Below, one piece after another: positions 1 through 8,753 of a DNA stretch of 64,000 bases; positions within the stretch are counted from its first letter, which is position 1, and the number at the start of each line of letters is the position of its first letter. The position numbers and the translations under genes were made by a program. Location: positions 288,001 to 352,000 of the forward strand of contig CAVPCR010000002.1 of assembly GCA_963702435.1 (NCBI GenBank), written 5' to 3'. Origin of the DNA: Candidatus Eiseniibacteriota bacterium. Lineage in GTDB: Bacteria > Eisenbacteria > RBG-16-71-46 > CAVPCR01. The notes beneath the pieces are model-generated. The model had not been told where the DNA came from, searched no databases, and saw nothing but the letters and a program-made list of their open reading frames with translations.

Positions 1-1133
1 ATCAGGGCGAGGAGCGCCGCCGCCCGGGCGTCCCAGCTATGCCGCATGGCCACGGTCCGGAGCGCGGCGGGATCGCGCGGCGCGGCGAGCGCCTCCCCTA
101 CCGCGCGCACGAACTCCGCCCGGTTGCGCACCAGACGGATCCACGCCCCGAACGCCTCGAGATCCGGTGAATAGGCGAAGCTCACCACGGCCAGGCCGGC
201 GGCCAGGTACTCGTAGAGCTTGTTCGGGTTGAGGACGTCGGTGGCCGGCCCGAACTTGAACGGGATGAGCCCCACATCGAACTGGGCGACCCAGTGCGGC
301 AGATCCTCGTAGGCGACGCGCCCGGTGAAGACGACGTTCGGATGGGCGCGCGCGACCGCGTCCGCCGCCGGCTGGACCGGAGCCGCCACCGGCCCGACCA
401 GGAGGAGCGGGGTGGTCGGATAGGCAGCCGCCAGTTCCGCGATGAGATCGAAGTCGAACCACTCGGCAATCGCTCCCGCGTATCCGATCCGGGGGCGCGG
501 CACGGCGCGGATCGCCGCCGGCACGCGCACCGGATCGACCGGCGCCATGAAGTGCTCGACCTCCGCCCCATTGCCGATGACCGTGATCTCGCGCTTGCCG
601 TGCGCCGCGAGGCGCGCGGCGAGCGCAGCGGAGCACGATACCACAACGTCCGCCCGCTCGAGGGTACGCTCGAGATAGCGGCCCACCCAGGCCGGGGTCC
701 CCGGGAAGCCGAGCGGATCGTCGTTGGCGTCGTAGAGGAGCACGGCGTGGGGCAGGCGCTCGGCCACCGGGAGGAAGAGCACGTTCGAGAGGTAGAAGAG
801 CCGCGGGAGCCCGGGTTCGGTGTGGGCGCCGAGGAGATGGGCGACCCAGCGGCCGACCAGAGCCGTGAGGACGGCCCGGACCGCCGCCACGCCGAGAAGC
901 GCGTTCACGAGCCCGAAGGTGGTCTTCGACTTGAGCACCGGGAGCGACGCCACGGTGACGCGGCCGTCCCGGACCGGGTGGAGATGGCTCGGGTCGGTGC
1001 GATTGAGCGGCTCGAGGTAGAGGATGGGCCAGTCGGCGGGAAAGCGCGCGAGGAGGAAGCGCTTCCGCGTGCGCAGATGCTGCCACTTGACCTCGGAGAA
1101 GACGACGACCTGCATGCGGGAGGGCGCCATCAT
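1..1133 (-). CDS. Glycosyltransferase, GT4-like (3' end runs off window)
   Basis: Read manually because it is not in the ORF track (no stop inside window). MMAPSRMQVVVFSEVKWQHLRTRKRFLLARF...YDAND...GLIPFKF...NPNKLYEYLAAGLAVV, a GT-B C-terminal KLYEYLA motif. ATG overlaps the asnB stop (ATGA). Confidence 0.85.
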   Translation of the reverse strand, partial: MMAPSRMQVVVFSEVKWQHLRTRKRFLLARFPADWPILYLEPLNRTDPSHLHPVRDGRVTVASLPVLKSKTTFGLVNALLGVAAVRAVLTALVGRWVAHLLGAHTEPGLPRLFYLSNVLFLPVAERLPHAVLLYDANDDPLGFPGTPAWVGRYLERTLERADVVVSCSAALAARLAAHGKREITVIGNGAEVEHFMAPVDPVRVPAAIRAVPRPRIGYAGAIAEWFDFDLIAELAAAYPTTPLLLVGPVAAPVQPAADAVARAHPNVVFTGRVAYEDLPHWVAQFDVGLIPFKFGPATDVLNPNKLYEYLAAGLAVVSFAYSPDLEAFGAWIRLVRNRAEFVRAVGEALAAPRDPAALRTVAMRHSWDARAAALLAL

Positions 1134-3136
1134 CGCTCTCTCGCCTCCCCGCCCCGGGCGAAGCCGCCCGGATCGAAGGCCGCGCGCAGCCACAGCTCGA
1201 GCGAGAGGAGCCGCCACACCTCGTGCCCCGGCCCGCGCGGCCGGGCGAGCAGATCGTCCACGAGCGCGGCCACTGCGCGGCGGACGACGAAGCCGCGCTC
1301 GACGGCGCGGCCGCCGACGAGCATCTCGCGGAGCCATCCCGCGTGGCGCGCGGCGAGCCAGCGCACGACCGGCGTCTCGAATCCGCGCTTGTCGGTGCGG
1401 GCGAGAATCGACTCGGGCACGATGCCGCGCATCGCGTCCCGGAGGACGCGCTTGGTGACGCCGCCCGCGAGCTTGGCGGCGGCCGGCAGGCGGAAGGCGA
1501 ACTCGACCACGCGGTAGTCGAGGAAGGGAACCCGCGCCTCGATCGAGAAGGCCATCGAGTTCCGGTCCTCGTAGCGGAGGAGCGACGGCAGGAGGAGCGA
1601 GCGCACATCGGCGGCCTGGCGCGCCGTGAGCTCGTCCCCGCGCGGCGCCCGCCCGGGCTCCGGGGCGGCAGCCCGCGCCGCGGCGGCAAGCTCCGGGGTG
1701 AGAACCCGCGCCCAGTCGCCGGCGCCGAGCCACTCGCGGCCGCGGCGGAAGAGCGCCGCCGGGATCCACGGCTCGGCCGCGCGCGCCGCCACCTCGAGGC
1801 GCGAGTGGCCGTGCTGGACCGCGGTCCGCGCCAGCTCCGCGGCGGCCGCGATCTCGCCCGCCGCGATGAGATCGCGGAGGCGGAGCGGATAGTAGAAGGC
1901 GAAGTAGCCGGCGAAGAGCTCGTCGGCTCCCTGTCCGTCGAGGAGCACCTTGGCGGCGTTCTCCCGGGCGACACGCATGACGTGCCACTGCGAGTAGACC
2001 CCGGGGCCTGCCGCCGGCTCGCCCTGGATGCGCGCGACGCGATCGAGCTCCGCGCGGAGGTCGTCGCCGCGCGGGACGGTCAGGTGATGGCGCGCCCCGG
2101 TGGTGGCGACGAGAGTGCGCATGTGCGGGCGCTCGTCGAACGCTTCCCCTTCCTCGTAGGCCACCGAGTAGGCATCCAGCGGGGCGCCGAGGAGCCGCGT
2201 GCCGAGCGCCACGATGGACGAGGAATCGATGCCGCCGGAGAGGCAGGTTCCGACCGGCACGTCGCTCCGGAGGCGGAGGCGGACCGCGTCGGCGAGGAGG
2301 TCGTGAAGCTCCTCCGCGGCGTCCGCCGGGGCCGCGCTGCCGGCGGCGGCCGGCAGATCCCAGAAGCGCGTGCGCTCGATCCCGGTCCGGCCGACGCGCG
2401 CGTAGTGCGCCGCCGGCAGGCTCCTCACATCCTGGAAGAAGGTCTCCTCTCCCTCGTCGACGCGCGCCGCGGCGATCAACCGGCCGATCGCACCGGGGGC
2501 CGGGGCGGCGGGGGCCAGGGCGAGGAGTCCCGCGGGCTCCGAGGCGAAGGCGAACTCGGTGCCGTCGAACCGGTAGTAGAAGGGTTTCACCCCGAGCCGG
2601 TCGCGGCTCACGACGAGCGTCCGCGCGCGCGCGTCCCACAGGGCGAGGCTCCACATCCCGTTCAGGCGCGCGAAGAGCCCCTCTCCCCACTCGAGCCAGC
2701 CGTTCGCGAGCACCTCGGTGTCGCTGGCCGAGCGGAACACGTGGCCGCGCGCCGCGAGCTCGCTCCTGAGCTCGATGTAGTTGAAGATCTCGCCGTTGTA
2801 AGTGATCCACACGGCGCCGCCGGGTCCGGCCAGCGGCTGATGCCCGCCCGGCGAGAGGTCGATGATGGCGAGCCGCGCGTGCCCGAGGACGAGGGCGCGG
2901 CCGTCCGGATCGCGGTCGGGACCGGGACCCGGGCACCAGGGGAAGGCGGCGCCGCGGGTCGCGGCGGCCGTGCGCGGGCCGCCGAGGACGACCGGCGGGA
3001 GCGCGCCCGCGGGATCGAGGGCGACGTAGCCCTCGTCGTCCGGCCCGCGATGGCGGATGGCCGCCGCCATGGCGCGCACCCGCGCCGGAGCGACCGCCGC
3101 GCCGTCCAGGCGCCAGATGCCGGCGATCCCGCACAC
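1130..3136 (-). CDS. asnB: Asparagine synthase (glutamine-hydrolysing)-like amidotransferase
   Basis: GTG start gives (M)CGIAG with the Ntn Cys. Motifs HRGPD, HARLAIIDLS, YNGEIFN, RDRLGVKP, LSGGIDSS, DGQGADE, EARVPFLD. Confidence 0.93.
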   Translation of the reverse strand: MCGIAGIWRLDGAAVAPARVRAMAAAIRHRGPDDEGYVALDPAGALPPVVLGGPRTAAATRGAAFPWCPGPGPDRDPDGRALVLGHARLAIIDLSPGGHQPLAGPGGAVWITYNGEIFNYIELRSELAARGHVFRSASDTEVLANGWLEWGEGLFARLNGMWSLALWDARARTLVVSRDRLGVKPFYYRFDGTEFAFASEPAGLLALAPAAPAPGAIGRLIAAARVDEGEETFFQDVRSLPAAHYARVGRTGIERTRFWDLPAAAGSAAPADAAEELHDLLADAVRLRLRSDVPVGTCLSGGIDSSSIVALGTRLLGAPLDAYSVAYEEGEAFDERPHMRTLVATTGARHHLTVPRGDDLRAELDRVARIQGEPAAGPGVYSQWHVMRVARENAAKVLLDGQGADELFAGYFAFYYPLRLRDLIAAGEIAAAAELARTAVQHGHSRLEVAARAAEPWIPAALFRRGREWLGAGDWARVLTPELAAAARAAAPEPGRAPRGDELTARQAADVRSLLLPSLLRYEDRNSMAFSIEARVPFLDYRVVEFAFRLPAAAKLAGGVTKRVLRDAMRGIVPESILARTDKRGFETPVVRWLAARHAGWLREMLVGGRAVERGFVVRRAVAALVDDLLARPRGPGHEVWRLLSLELWLRAAFDPGGFARGGEARER

Positions 3137-3147
3137 AGTGTTCCTTC

Positions 3148-4737
3148 CTATCCTCTCCAGACCGCCGTCTTCTTCTGCAGATAGTTGCGCAAAATCACGA
3201 AATCCTGAATGGCGACGACGCGGAGTCCGATCGTCCCCGCCACGTAGAGGGCCAGCGCGCCGGCGGTGGCGGCGACCGCGGCGCCGCTTCCTGTCCGCCC
3301 GAAGTAGATGCCGACGGCGGCGAGTCCGATCGCCATCATGAAGGTGAGCGCCACGCGGCCTGGATGGAACGGCACCGGGTAGATGCGCTGGGCAACGGCG
3401 AAGAGGAGCGCGGTGGCGACCGTCTGTGCGACGAGGCTGGCGGTCGCCACGCCGAAGACGTCGAGCGGCCCGACGAGGACGATGTTGAGCGCGACGTTCA
3501 GGAGCGCAGAAAGGACCGCGATTGCGCCCATCAGTCCGGTGCGCTTCGCGATCTGCAGCCCGGTCGCCGGGATGAAGAAGGCGCCGTTGGCCATGGCGGC
3601 GAAGACCAGGAAGCCGGCGACGCGGTAGCCGTGCACATAGTGGCTCGTGGTGATGAGGGCGAGGAACTCGCGGGCGAGACAGGTGATGAGGAGCCCGATA
3701 CCGCCGGCGACGAAAGCGTAGAGCGAGAAGACCTTGGCATAGGTCTCGCGGGCGTTGGCCTCGCGGAAGATCGAGATGGCGAACGGCCCCCACGCATACT
3801 GGAAGGCGGCCACGAACAGCATCATGAACGAGGAGACCTTGGCCCCGACCGAGTACGGTCCCACCTGGTCGAGCGAGACATAGCGGTTCAGCACGTAGCG
3901 ATCGGCGTAGGCGAGGACGAACTGGGCGAGCCCCACCGGCACCAGCGGCAGGCCGTAGCGGAGCATGGCCCCGAGCACACCCAGCGACTGCGGGCGAGCG
4001 AGGTCCTTCCACGTCCACAGGAGACCGATCGCCGTGAACAGGATGTCGGCGATCAGGCGGGCGAGGAAGACGCCGGCCAGGCCGAGACCCTGGCCGTGGA
4101 TGGTCACCTCGGTTCCGAGGAGCGGCAGCTCGATCGGCATCACCGACGGCACGAGCACGAGCGTGAGGACGGCGATGGCGGCGAGATTGCCGAGCGAGTA
4201 GGCGACGAACTCGGCCGGCCGCAACCGCACGCGCAGGAGGTCGATCGAGAACTTGACCACCGTCGTGAACGGCAGATCGGCCAGCGTCAGCATGATGAGC
4301 GCCGTGTAGTTCGTGTTCGCGAAGATGAGCCGGGAGAGACCGCCGGAGGCGGGCAGGAGGAGGAGGGTGAAGGCGACTGCGGCGGCCACCCGGAAGAGGA
4401 GGCCGAGCGCGGCGATCCGCCGCCGTTCGAGCTCGGAATCGGTGTCGAAGATGAAGCGGAGGAGCGCGGCGTCGTTCCCGAGCACGACGAAATAGGAAAT
4501 CATGAGCTGGAGGAGACCGATGAGCTCGCTTGCGCCGTACTCGGCGGGCTCGAACACGCGGGTCAGGATCGGCAGGAGGAGGAGCCCGATCAGCTTCTGC
4601 CCGGCCATGCCGAGCCCGTAGACGAGCGAATCGCGGGTGAGTCCCTTCACCCGCCGCGCCACCGACGGCGCCTCCGCCGCCTCCGCGACCGGATCCGCCG
4701 GCGGCGGCAGCGTGCTGCGATCGCCGAGATCGCTCAC
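3148..4737 (-). CDS. Polysaccharide flippase (Wzx/MOP family)
   Basis: Many TM segments, with SLVYGLG...LLLPILTRVFEPAEYG and YADRYVL...VGPYSVGAK typical of Wzx. GTG overlaps the upstream stop. Confidence 0.88.
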   Translation of the reverse strand: MSDLGDRSTLPPPADPVAEAAEAPSVARRVKGLTRDSLVYGLGMAGQKLIGLLLLPILTRVFEPAEYGASELIGLLQLMISYFVVLGNDAALLRFIFDTDSELERRRIAALGLLFRVAAAVAFTLLLLPASGGLSRLIFANTNYTALIMLTLADLPFTTVVKFSIDLLRVRLRPAEFVAYSLGNLAAIAVLTLVLVPSVMPIELPLLGTEVTIHGQGLGLAGVFLARLIADILFTAIGLLWTWKDLARPQSLGVLGAMLRYGLPLVPVGLAQFVLAYADRYVLNRYVSLDQVGPYSVGAKVSSFMMLFVAAFQYAWGPFAISIFREANARETYAKVFSLYAFVAGGIGLLITCLAREFLALITTSHYVHGYRVAGFLVFAAMANGAFFIPATGLQIAKRTGLMGAIAVLSALLNVALNIVLVGPLDVFGVATASLVAQTVATALLFAVAQRIYPVPFHPGRVALTFMMAIGLAAVGIYFGRTGSGAAVAATAGALALYVAGTIGLRVVAIQDFVILRNYLQKKTAVWRG

Positions 4738-5780
4738 GGCCGCCCCCCCGGCGCCGCCCCCGGCACCGGCCCGCTCGTCGCTCCGAGCACGCGCCGGGTG
4801 TAGAGGTCGTGGAGGCGCGCGCTCACGACCGGGAGGTCGTGCACGGCGCGCACGTAGGCATAGCCGCGCGCGGCGACGGCGGCGCGCCGCTCCGGATCGG
4901 CGCGGAGCGCCTCGAGATCGGCCGCCAGTCGCTCGCGCGTCGTCCGGACGAGCGGCAGCGCGGGCCGGTCGAGATCGCTCCGGATGTAGGCGAGCGCCGG
5001 CTTCATGAGCGCCATGGCCTCGACCGCGAAGAGGCCGTACCAGCCGAGATGGAGCTGATCGACGGCCACAGTCGCCGCGCCGTAGCGGAGCCGCGCCCGG
5101 GCCGCGGGCTCGCCTTGCACGAGGAGGAGATCGACGTCGGGATGGCGCGCGCGAAGCTCGCGGACGGCCGCCTCCACGTGCCGCGTCCCCTTGATCTCCG
5201 GATCGCTCGGCGCGTGCAGCACGACGAAGCCCGGCGCCGGGGCCGCCGCGGCGCGGAGCGCATCCCACGCCGCGAGGTCGATCGCCACCGGCAGGTGCTC
5301 GGCCTCTGGCACCGCCTCGAGGAGATCCGGGGTCGAGACGAGCGCGAGCGCGCCGTGGCGGCGCGCCGCGGCGAGGAGCCGCTCCTGCTTCGCGGGCACG
5401 CAGTAGACCGGGCACTCGCTGCAGGCGGAGAGAGCGTGCGCGGCGAGCATGCGGGCCCGCGGGCGCACCTCGCAGCCATGGAAGTGGAAGACGAGCCGCG
5501 CGCCGCTCCGGGCGAGGAGCGGGACATCGAGGAGGCGAGGCAGAAAGGTCGTCCCGAAGTGGATGTGCACGATGTCGCAACCGCGGCCGTGGCGGAGGAG
5601 CGCGCCGAGTCGGCGGAGGAGCCCGGCGGCGCCGCGCCCGTCGGCCGCCATGTCGCTCGGGTAGCCGAGCCACGACGGATGGAGCGAGAGCGATCGGGCC
5701 TCGATGCCCCGCGCGCGGAGGCCGCGACAGAGGAGCGCCGGCTGGCCGGCGATCTCGGCCGCGATGTGGAGGACCCGCAC
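4734..5780 (-). CDS. Glycosyltransferase (GT4-like)
   Basis: MRVLHI N-terminus, DIVHIHFG, HAPS...KGT, YGLFAVEAMALMKP (EAMA motif). Confidence 0.85.
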   Translation of the reverse strand: MRVLHIAAEIAGQPALLCRGLRARGIEARSLSLHPSWLGYPSDMAADGRGAAGLLRRLGALLRHGRGCDIVHIHFGTTFLPRLLDVPLLARSGARLVFHFHGCEVRPRARMLAAHALSACSECPVYCVPAKQERLLAAARRHGALALVSTPDLLEAVPEAEHLPVAIDLAAWDALRAAAAPAPGFVVLHAPSDPEIKGTRHVEAAVRELRARHPDVDLLLVQGEPAARARLRYGAATVAVDQLHLGWYGLFAVEAMALMKPALAYIRSDLDRPALPLVRTTRERLAADLEALRADPERRAAVAARGYAYVRAVHDLPVVSARLHDLYTRRVLGATSGPVPGAAPGGRP

Positions 5781-5799
5781 GGCGTCGCGCTCCCCGCCT

Positions 5800-6702
5800 T
5801 CATGCCGTCCGGCGCGGAGCGCGACGGCAAATCTCGCCGAGCGCCTTCAGGGCCGCGCCCACCACGTCGCGATGCCCGGCGCGGATCTCCCGGAGCGCGA
5901 ACCCGAGGAAGGCGAGCGGCAGGGCGATCGGAATGGTGAGCCAGTGCCAGGGCCGGGCGTGGCGCCGGAAGAAGATCAGGTTCGAGTGCACGCGATGGTA
6001 CATCTTGTACGGCGTGAGCCCGCCGCCCGACGCCGCCGATACATGGTGGAGGAGCCGCGCCCGCGGGGCGTAGACGATGCGGTAGCCGAGCCGGCGCGCC
6101 CTGACGCACCAGTCGGCGTCCTCCGAGTACATCGCGTAGCTCTCGTCCAGGTAGCCGACATCGACGAGCGCCCGCCGCGTGACGAGGATGCAGCACCCGG
6201 TCAGGTAATCGACGTCGCGCTCGGTGTCGTACGGCGGTCCGTCCGCACGGCGGAGACCGTGATGGTGGAAGAGCCCCCGCCAGTAGTCGATCTTGCCGCC
6301 GGCCGACCAGATGAGGTCCGGCCGCTCGCGGTAGAGGATCTTGGGACCGACGAGGCCGATCTCCGGCGCGGCGGCGGCGACCTCGACGAGCCGCGCGATC
6401 AGGTCGGGCGCCGCCTCGGTGTCGTTGTTGAGGATCACGGCGTGGTCGTAGTCGCGGGCGAGCGCGAGGCGGAGGCCGACGTTGGCGCCGCCGGCGTAGA
6501 GCCGGTTCTCCGCCAGCCGGCGGATCGCGAGGTCGGGGAAGCGCGCGGCGAGGGCCGCCCCCGAGCCGTCGGTCGAGCCGTTGTCGATGACGAGGAGATC
6601 CGGGGCCGGCGGATCGAGGGCGCGAAGCGAGGTGAGACAGCGCTCGGTGTGCTCGAGCCCGTTCCAGTGCACGACGATGACGAGCACGCGCGGCGCGTCC
6701 AT
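5800..6702 (-). CDS. Glycosyltransferase family 2 (rhamnosyltransferase-like)
   Basis: VIVVHWNG, IDNGSTDG, YAGGANVG, ILNND, LTGCCIL, YSEDADWC. Confidence 0.9.
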   Translation of the reverse strand: MDAPRVLVIVVHWNGLEHTERCLTSLRALDPPAPDLLVIDNGSTDGSGAALAARFPDLAIRRLAENRLYAGGANVGLRLALARDYDHAVILNNDTEAAPDLIARLVEVAAAAPEIGLVGPKILYRERPDLIWSAGGKIDYWRGLFHHHGLRRADGPPYDTERDVDYLTGCCILVTRRALVDVGYLDESYAMYSEDADWCVRARRLGYRIVYAPRARLLHHVSAASGGGLTPYKMYHRVHSNLIFFRRHARPWHWLTIPIALPLAFLGFALREIRAGHRDVVGAALKALGEICRRAPRRTA

Positions 6703-6706
6703 GCCG

Positions 6707-7687
6707 CTAGCCCAGCCGTTCGCGGATCGGATACGGGCCGGTCCCGCGTTCCTTGGCGATGAGCTCGCCCAGGAAGCCCATGCTCACGAACTGCACGCCG
6801 AGGAGGATCAAGGCCACCCCGAAGAGCATGAGCGGGCGCACGCGGAGCGGGCTTCCGAGCGCCCACTGGACGAGGAAGACGAGGCAGATGAGCGCGCCGG
6901 CCGCGCCGGTGGCGAGCCCGATGCGACCGAAGAGATGGAGCGGGCTCCGCTCGCTCGAGTGGAGGAACATGACGCCGAGGAGATCGAGGAGGCCGTTCAG
7001 GTAGCGGGAGCTCCCGAACTTGCTCCTGCCGTGCGGGCGCGGATGGTGGGTGACCGGGAGCTCGGTGACGCGGAATCCCGCCCAGTGCGCGAGCGCCGGG
7101 ATGTAGCGGTGGAGCTCGCCGTAGACCGAGATGGTCGCCGTGACCTCGCGGCGATACGCCTTCAAGCCGCAGTTGAAGTCATGGATGTCGAGGCCCGAGA
7201 GGCGGCGCGTGGTCAGGTTGTAGAGGCGCGAGGGCAGCCGCTTCGAGAAGGGATCCCGGCGCTTCAGCTTCCAGCCGGAGACGAGGTCGTAGCCCTCGTC
7301 GAGCCTGGCGATCAGGTTCGGGATCTCCGCCGGCTCGTCCTGCAGGTCGCCGTCGATCGTCACCACGATGTCGCCGCCCACCTCGCGGAACCCGGCGGCC
7401 AGGGCCGCCGACTTGCCGAAGTTCCGCCGGAAGCGGATGGCGCGCACGGCCGGGTCGCGCTCGCGGGCGCGGGCGATCTCGGCATAGGTGCGATCGGTCG
7501 AGCCGTCATCCACGAACAGGATCTCGTAGGGCTCGCCGCGGGCTCCGAGCACGGCTCGGAGCTTCTCGACGAGCGGCCCGACCGACTCCGCCTCGTTGAA
7601 GACGGGGACGATGACGCTCACGCGCCGCGGCCCGATGGCCGCTCCGCCGGTCGGGCCCGCGCTCCTGTCGGTCGCTGGGAGGCTCAT
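6707..7687 (-). CDS. GT2 polyprenol-phosphate glycosyltransferase (ArnC/GtrB/DPM1-like)
   Basis: VIVPVFNE, VDDGSTD, RNFGKSAAL, DGDLQDEP, DFNCGLKAYR, HRYIP, and two C-terminal TM helices. Confidence 0.9.
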   Translation of the reverse strand: MSLPATDRSAGPTGGAAIGPRRVSVIVPVFNEAESVGPLVEKLRAVLGARGEPYEILFVDDGSTDRTYAEIARARERDPAVRAIRFRRNFGKSAALAAGFREVGGDIVVTIDGDLQDEPAEIPNLIARLDEGYDLVSGWKLKRRDPFSKRLPSRLYNLTTRRLSGLDIHDFNCGLKAYRREVTATISVYGELHRYIPALAHWAGFRVTELPVTHHPRPHGRSKFGSSRYLNGLLDLLGVMFLHSSERSPLHLFGRIGLATGAAGALICLVFLVQWALGSPLRVRPLMLFGVALILLGVQFVSMGFLGELIAKERGTGPYPIRERLG

Positions 7688-7694
7688 CGCGGCT

Positions 7695-7703
7695 AGCATA
7701 GCA
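7695..7703 (-). promoter_or_regulatory. Extended -10 element TGCTATGCT, possible leaderless transcript of the ArnC-like GT
   Basis: TGn-TATGCT ends 7 nt before the ATG at 7687, and no SD is visible. Confidence 0.4.
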
Positions 7704-7723
7704 GAGGCCCGCCCCGGCCAAGG

Positions 7724-8704
7724 CTACCCGCCGCCGGATCCCTGGTGCCCGGCTCCGCCTCCCGGGCGGCCGGCCCGCTGCCACTCGACCTGGTGGGCGA
7801 GCCCGGCGGCGAGCCCCACGCGCGGAGCGAAGCCGAGCTCCTCGCGGGCGCGCGTGGTGTCGGCATAGGTGTGCGTCACGTCCCCGTGCTGGCGCGCCTC
7901 GTAGCGCACCTCGCCGCGGCCGACCAGGCCGAGGAGGAGATCCAGGCACTCGCGCACGGTGACCCGGGCCCCGCCCCCGATGTTGTAGACGCCGCCGGGC
8001 GCGCCGCGCTCGGCCGCGGCCAGGTTGGCCGCCACCGCATCGGCGACGAAGGTGAAGTCGCGCGTCTGCAGGCCGTCGCCGTAGACGACGATCGGATCGC
8101 CGCCGAGGAGCGCTCCGATGAAGCGGCGGAAGGCCATGTCCGGGCGCTGGCGCGGCCCGTAGACCGTGAAGTAGCGGAGCGACACGGTGGGGAGCCCGAA
8201 GTTCCGGTGATAGAGGCGAGCCAGGTGCTCGGCCGCGAGCTTGGTCACGCCGTAGGGCGAGTGCGGCTGGGTCGGCGCGTCCTCCCGCATCGGCAGCTCC
8301 GCCGTCTCTCCGTAGACCGAGGAGGACGAGGCATAGACGAAGCGCCGGAGCGGCCGCTCGCGGAAGAACTCGAGGAGACGCTGCGTGGCGTCCACGTTCT
8401 CACGGGTGTAGGTCGTGAACTCGCGGCCCCAGCTCGCGCGCACCCCGGCCTGCGCCGCCTGGTGGAAAACGACGTTCACGTCGCCCGCGACCCGGGCGAG
8501 GTCAACCGCGTTGAGATCGGCTCTGACGAACCGGAAGCGGGGGTGGCCGATGAGGAGCGCGAGGTTCGCCTCCTTGAGCCGCGGATCGTAGTAGTCGGTG
8601 AGACAGTCGATGCCGACCACATGATCCCCGCGGTCGAGGAGCGCCTCCGCGAGGTGCGAGCCGATGAACCCGGCGACCCCGGTGACCAGGGCGCGTTCTG
8701 CCAT
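7724..8704 (-). CDS. NAD-dependent epimerase/dehydratase (UDP-glucuronate/UDP-glucose 4-epimerase-like)
   Basis: TGVAGFIGSH, AAQAGVRAS, ASSSSVYG, YGVTK (YxxxK), YFTVYGPRQRPDMA. SD GGAGG before the ATG. Confidence 0.92.
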   Translation of the reverse strand: MAERALVTGVAGFIGSHLAEALLDRGDHVVGIDCLTDYYDPRLKEANLALLIGHPRFRFVRADLNAVDLARVAGDVNVVFHQAAQAGVRASWGREFTTYTRENVDATQRLLEFFRERPLRRFVYASSSSVYGETAELPMREDAPTQPHSPYGVTKLAAEHLARLYHRNFGLPTVSLRYFTVYGPRQRPDMAFRRFIGALLGGDPIVVYGDGLQTRDFTFVADAVAANLAAAERGAPGGVYNIGGGARVTVRECLDLLLGLVGRGEVRYEARQHGDVTHTYADTTRAREELGFAPRVGLAAGLAHQVEWQRAGRPGGGAGHQGSGGG

Positions 8705-8753
8705 GCCTCCTCCTTCCGCGCGCCGCGCGCTGCCGAGCGCGCGCATCAGAGCC

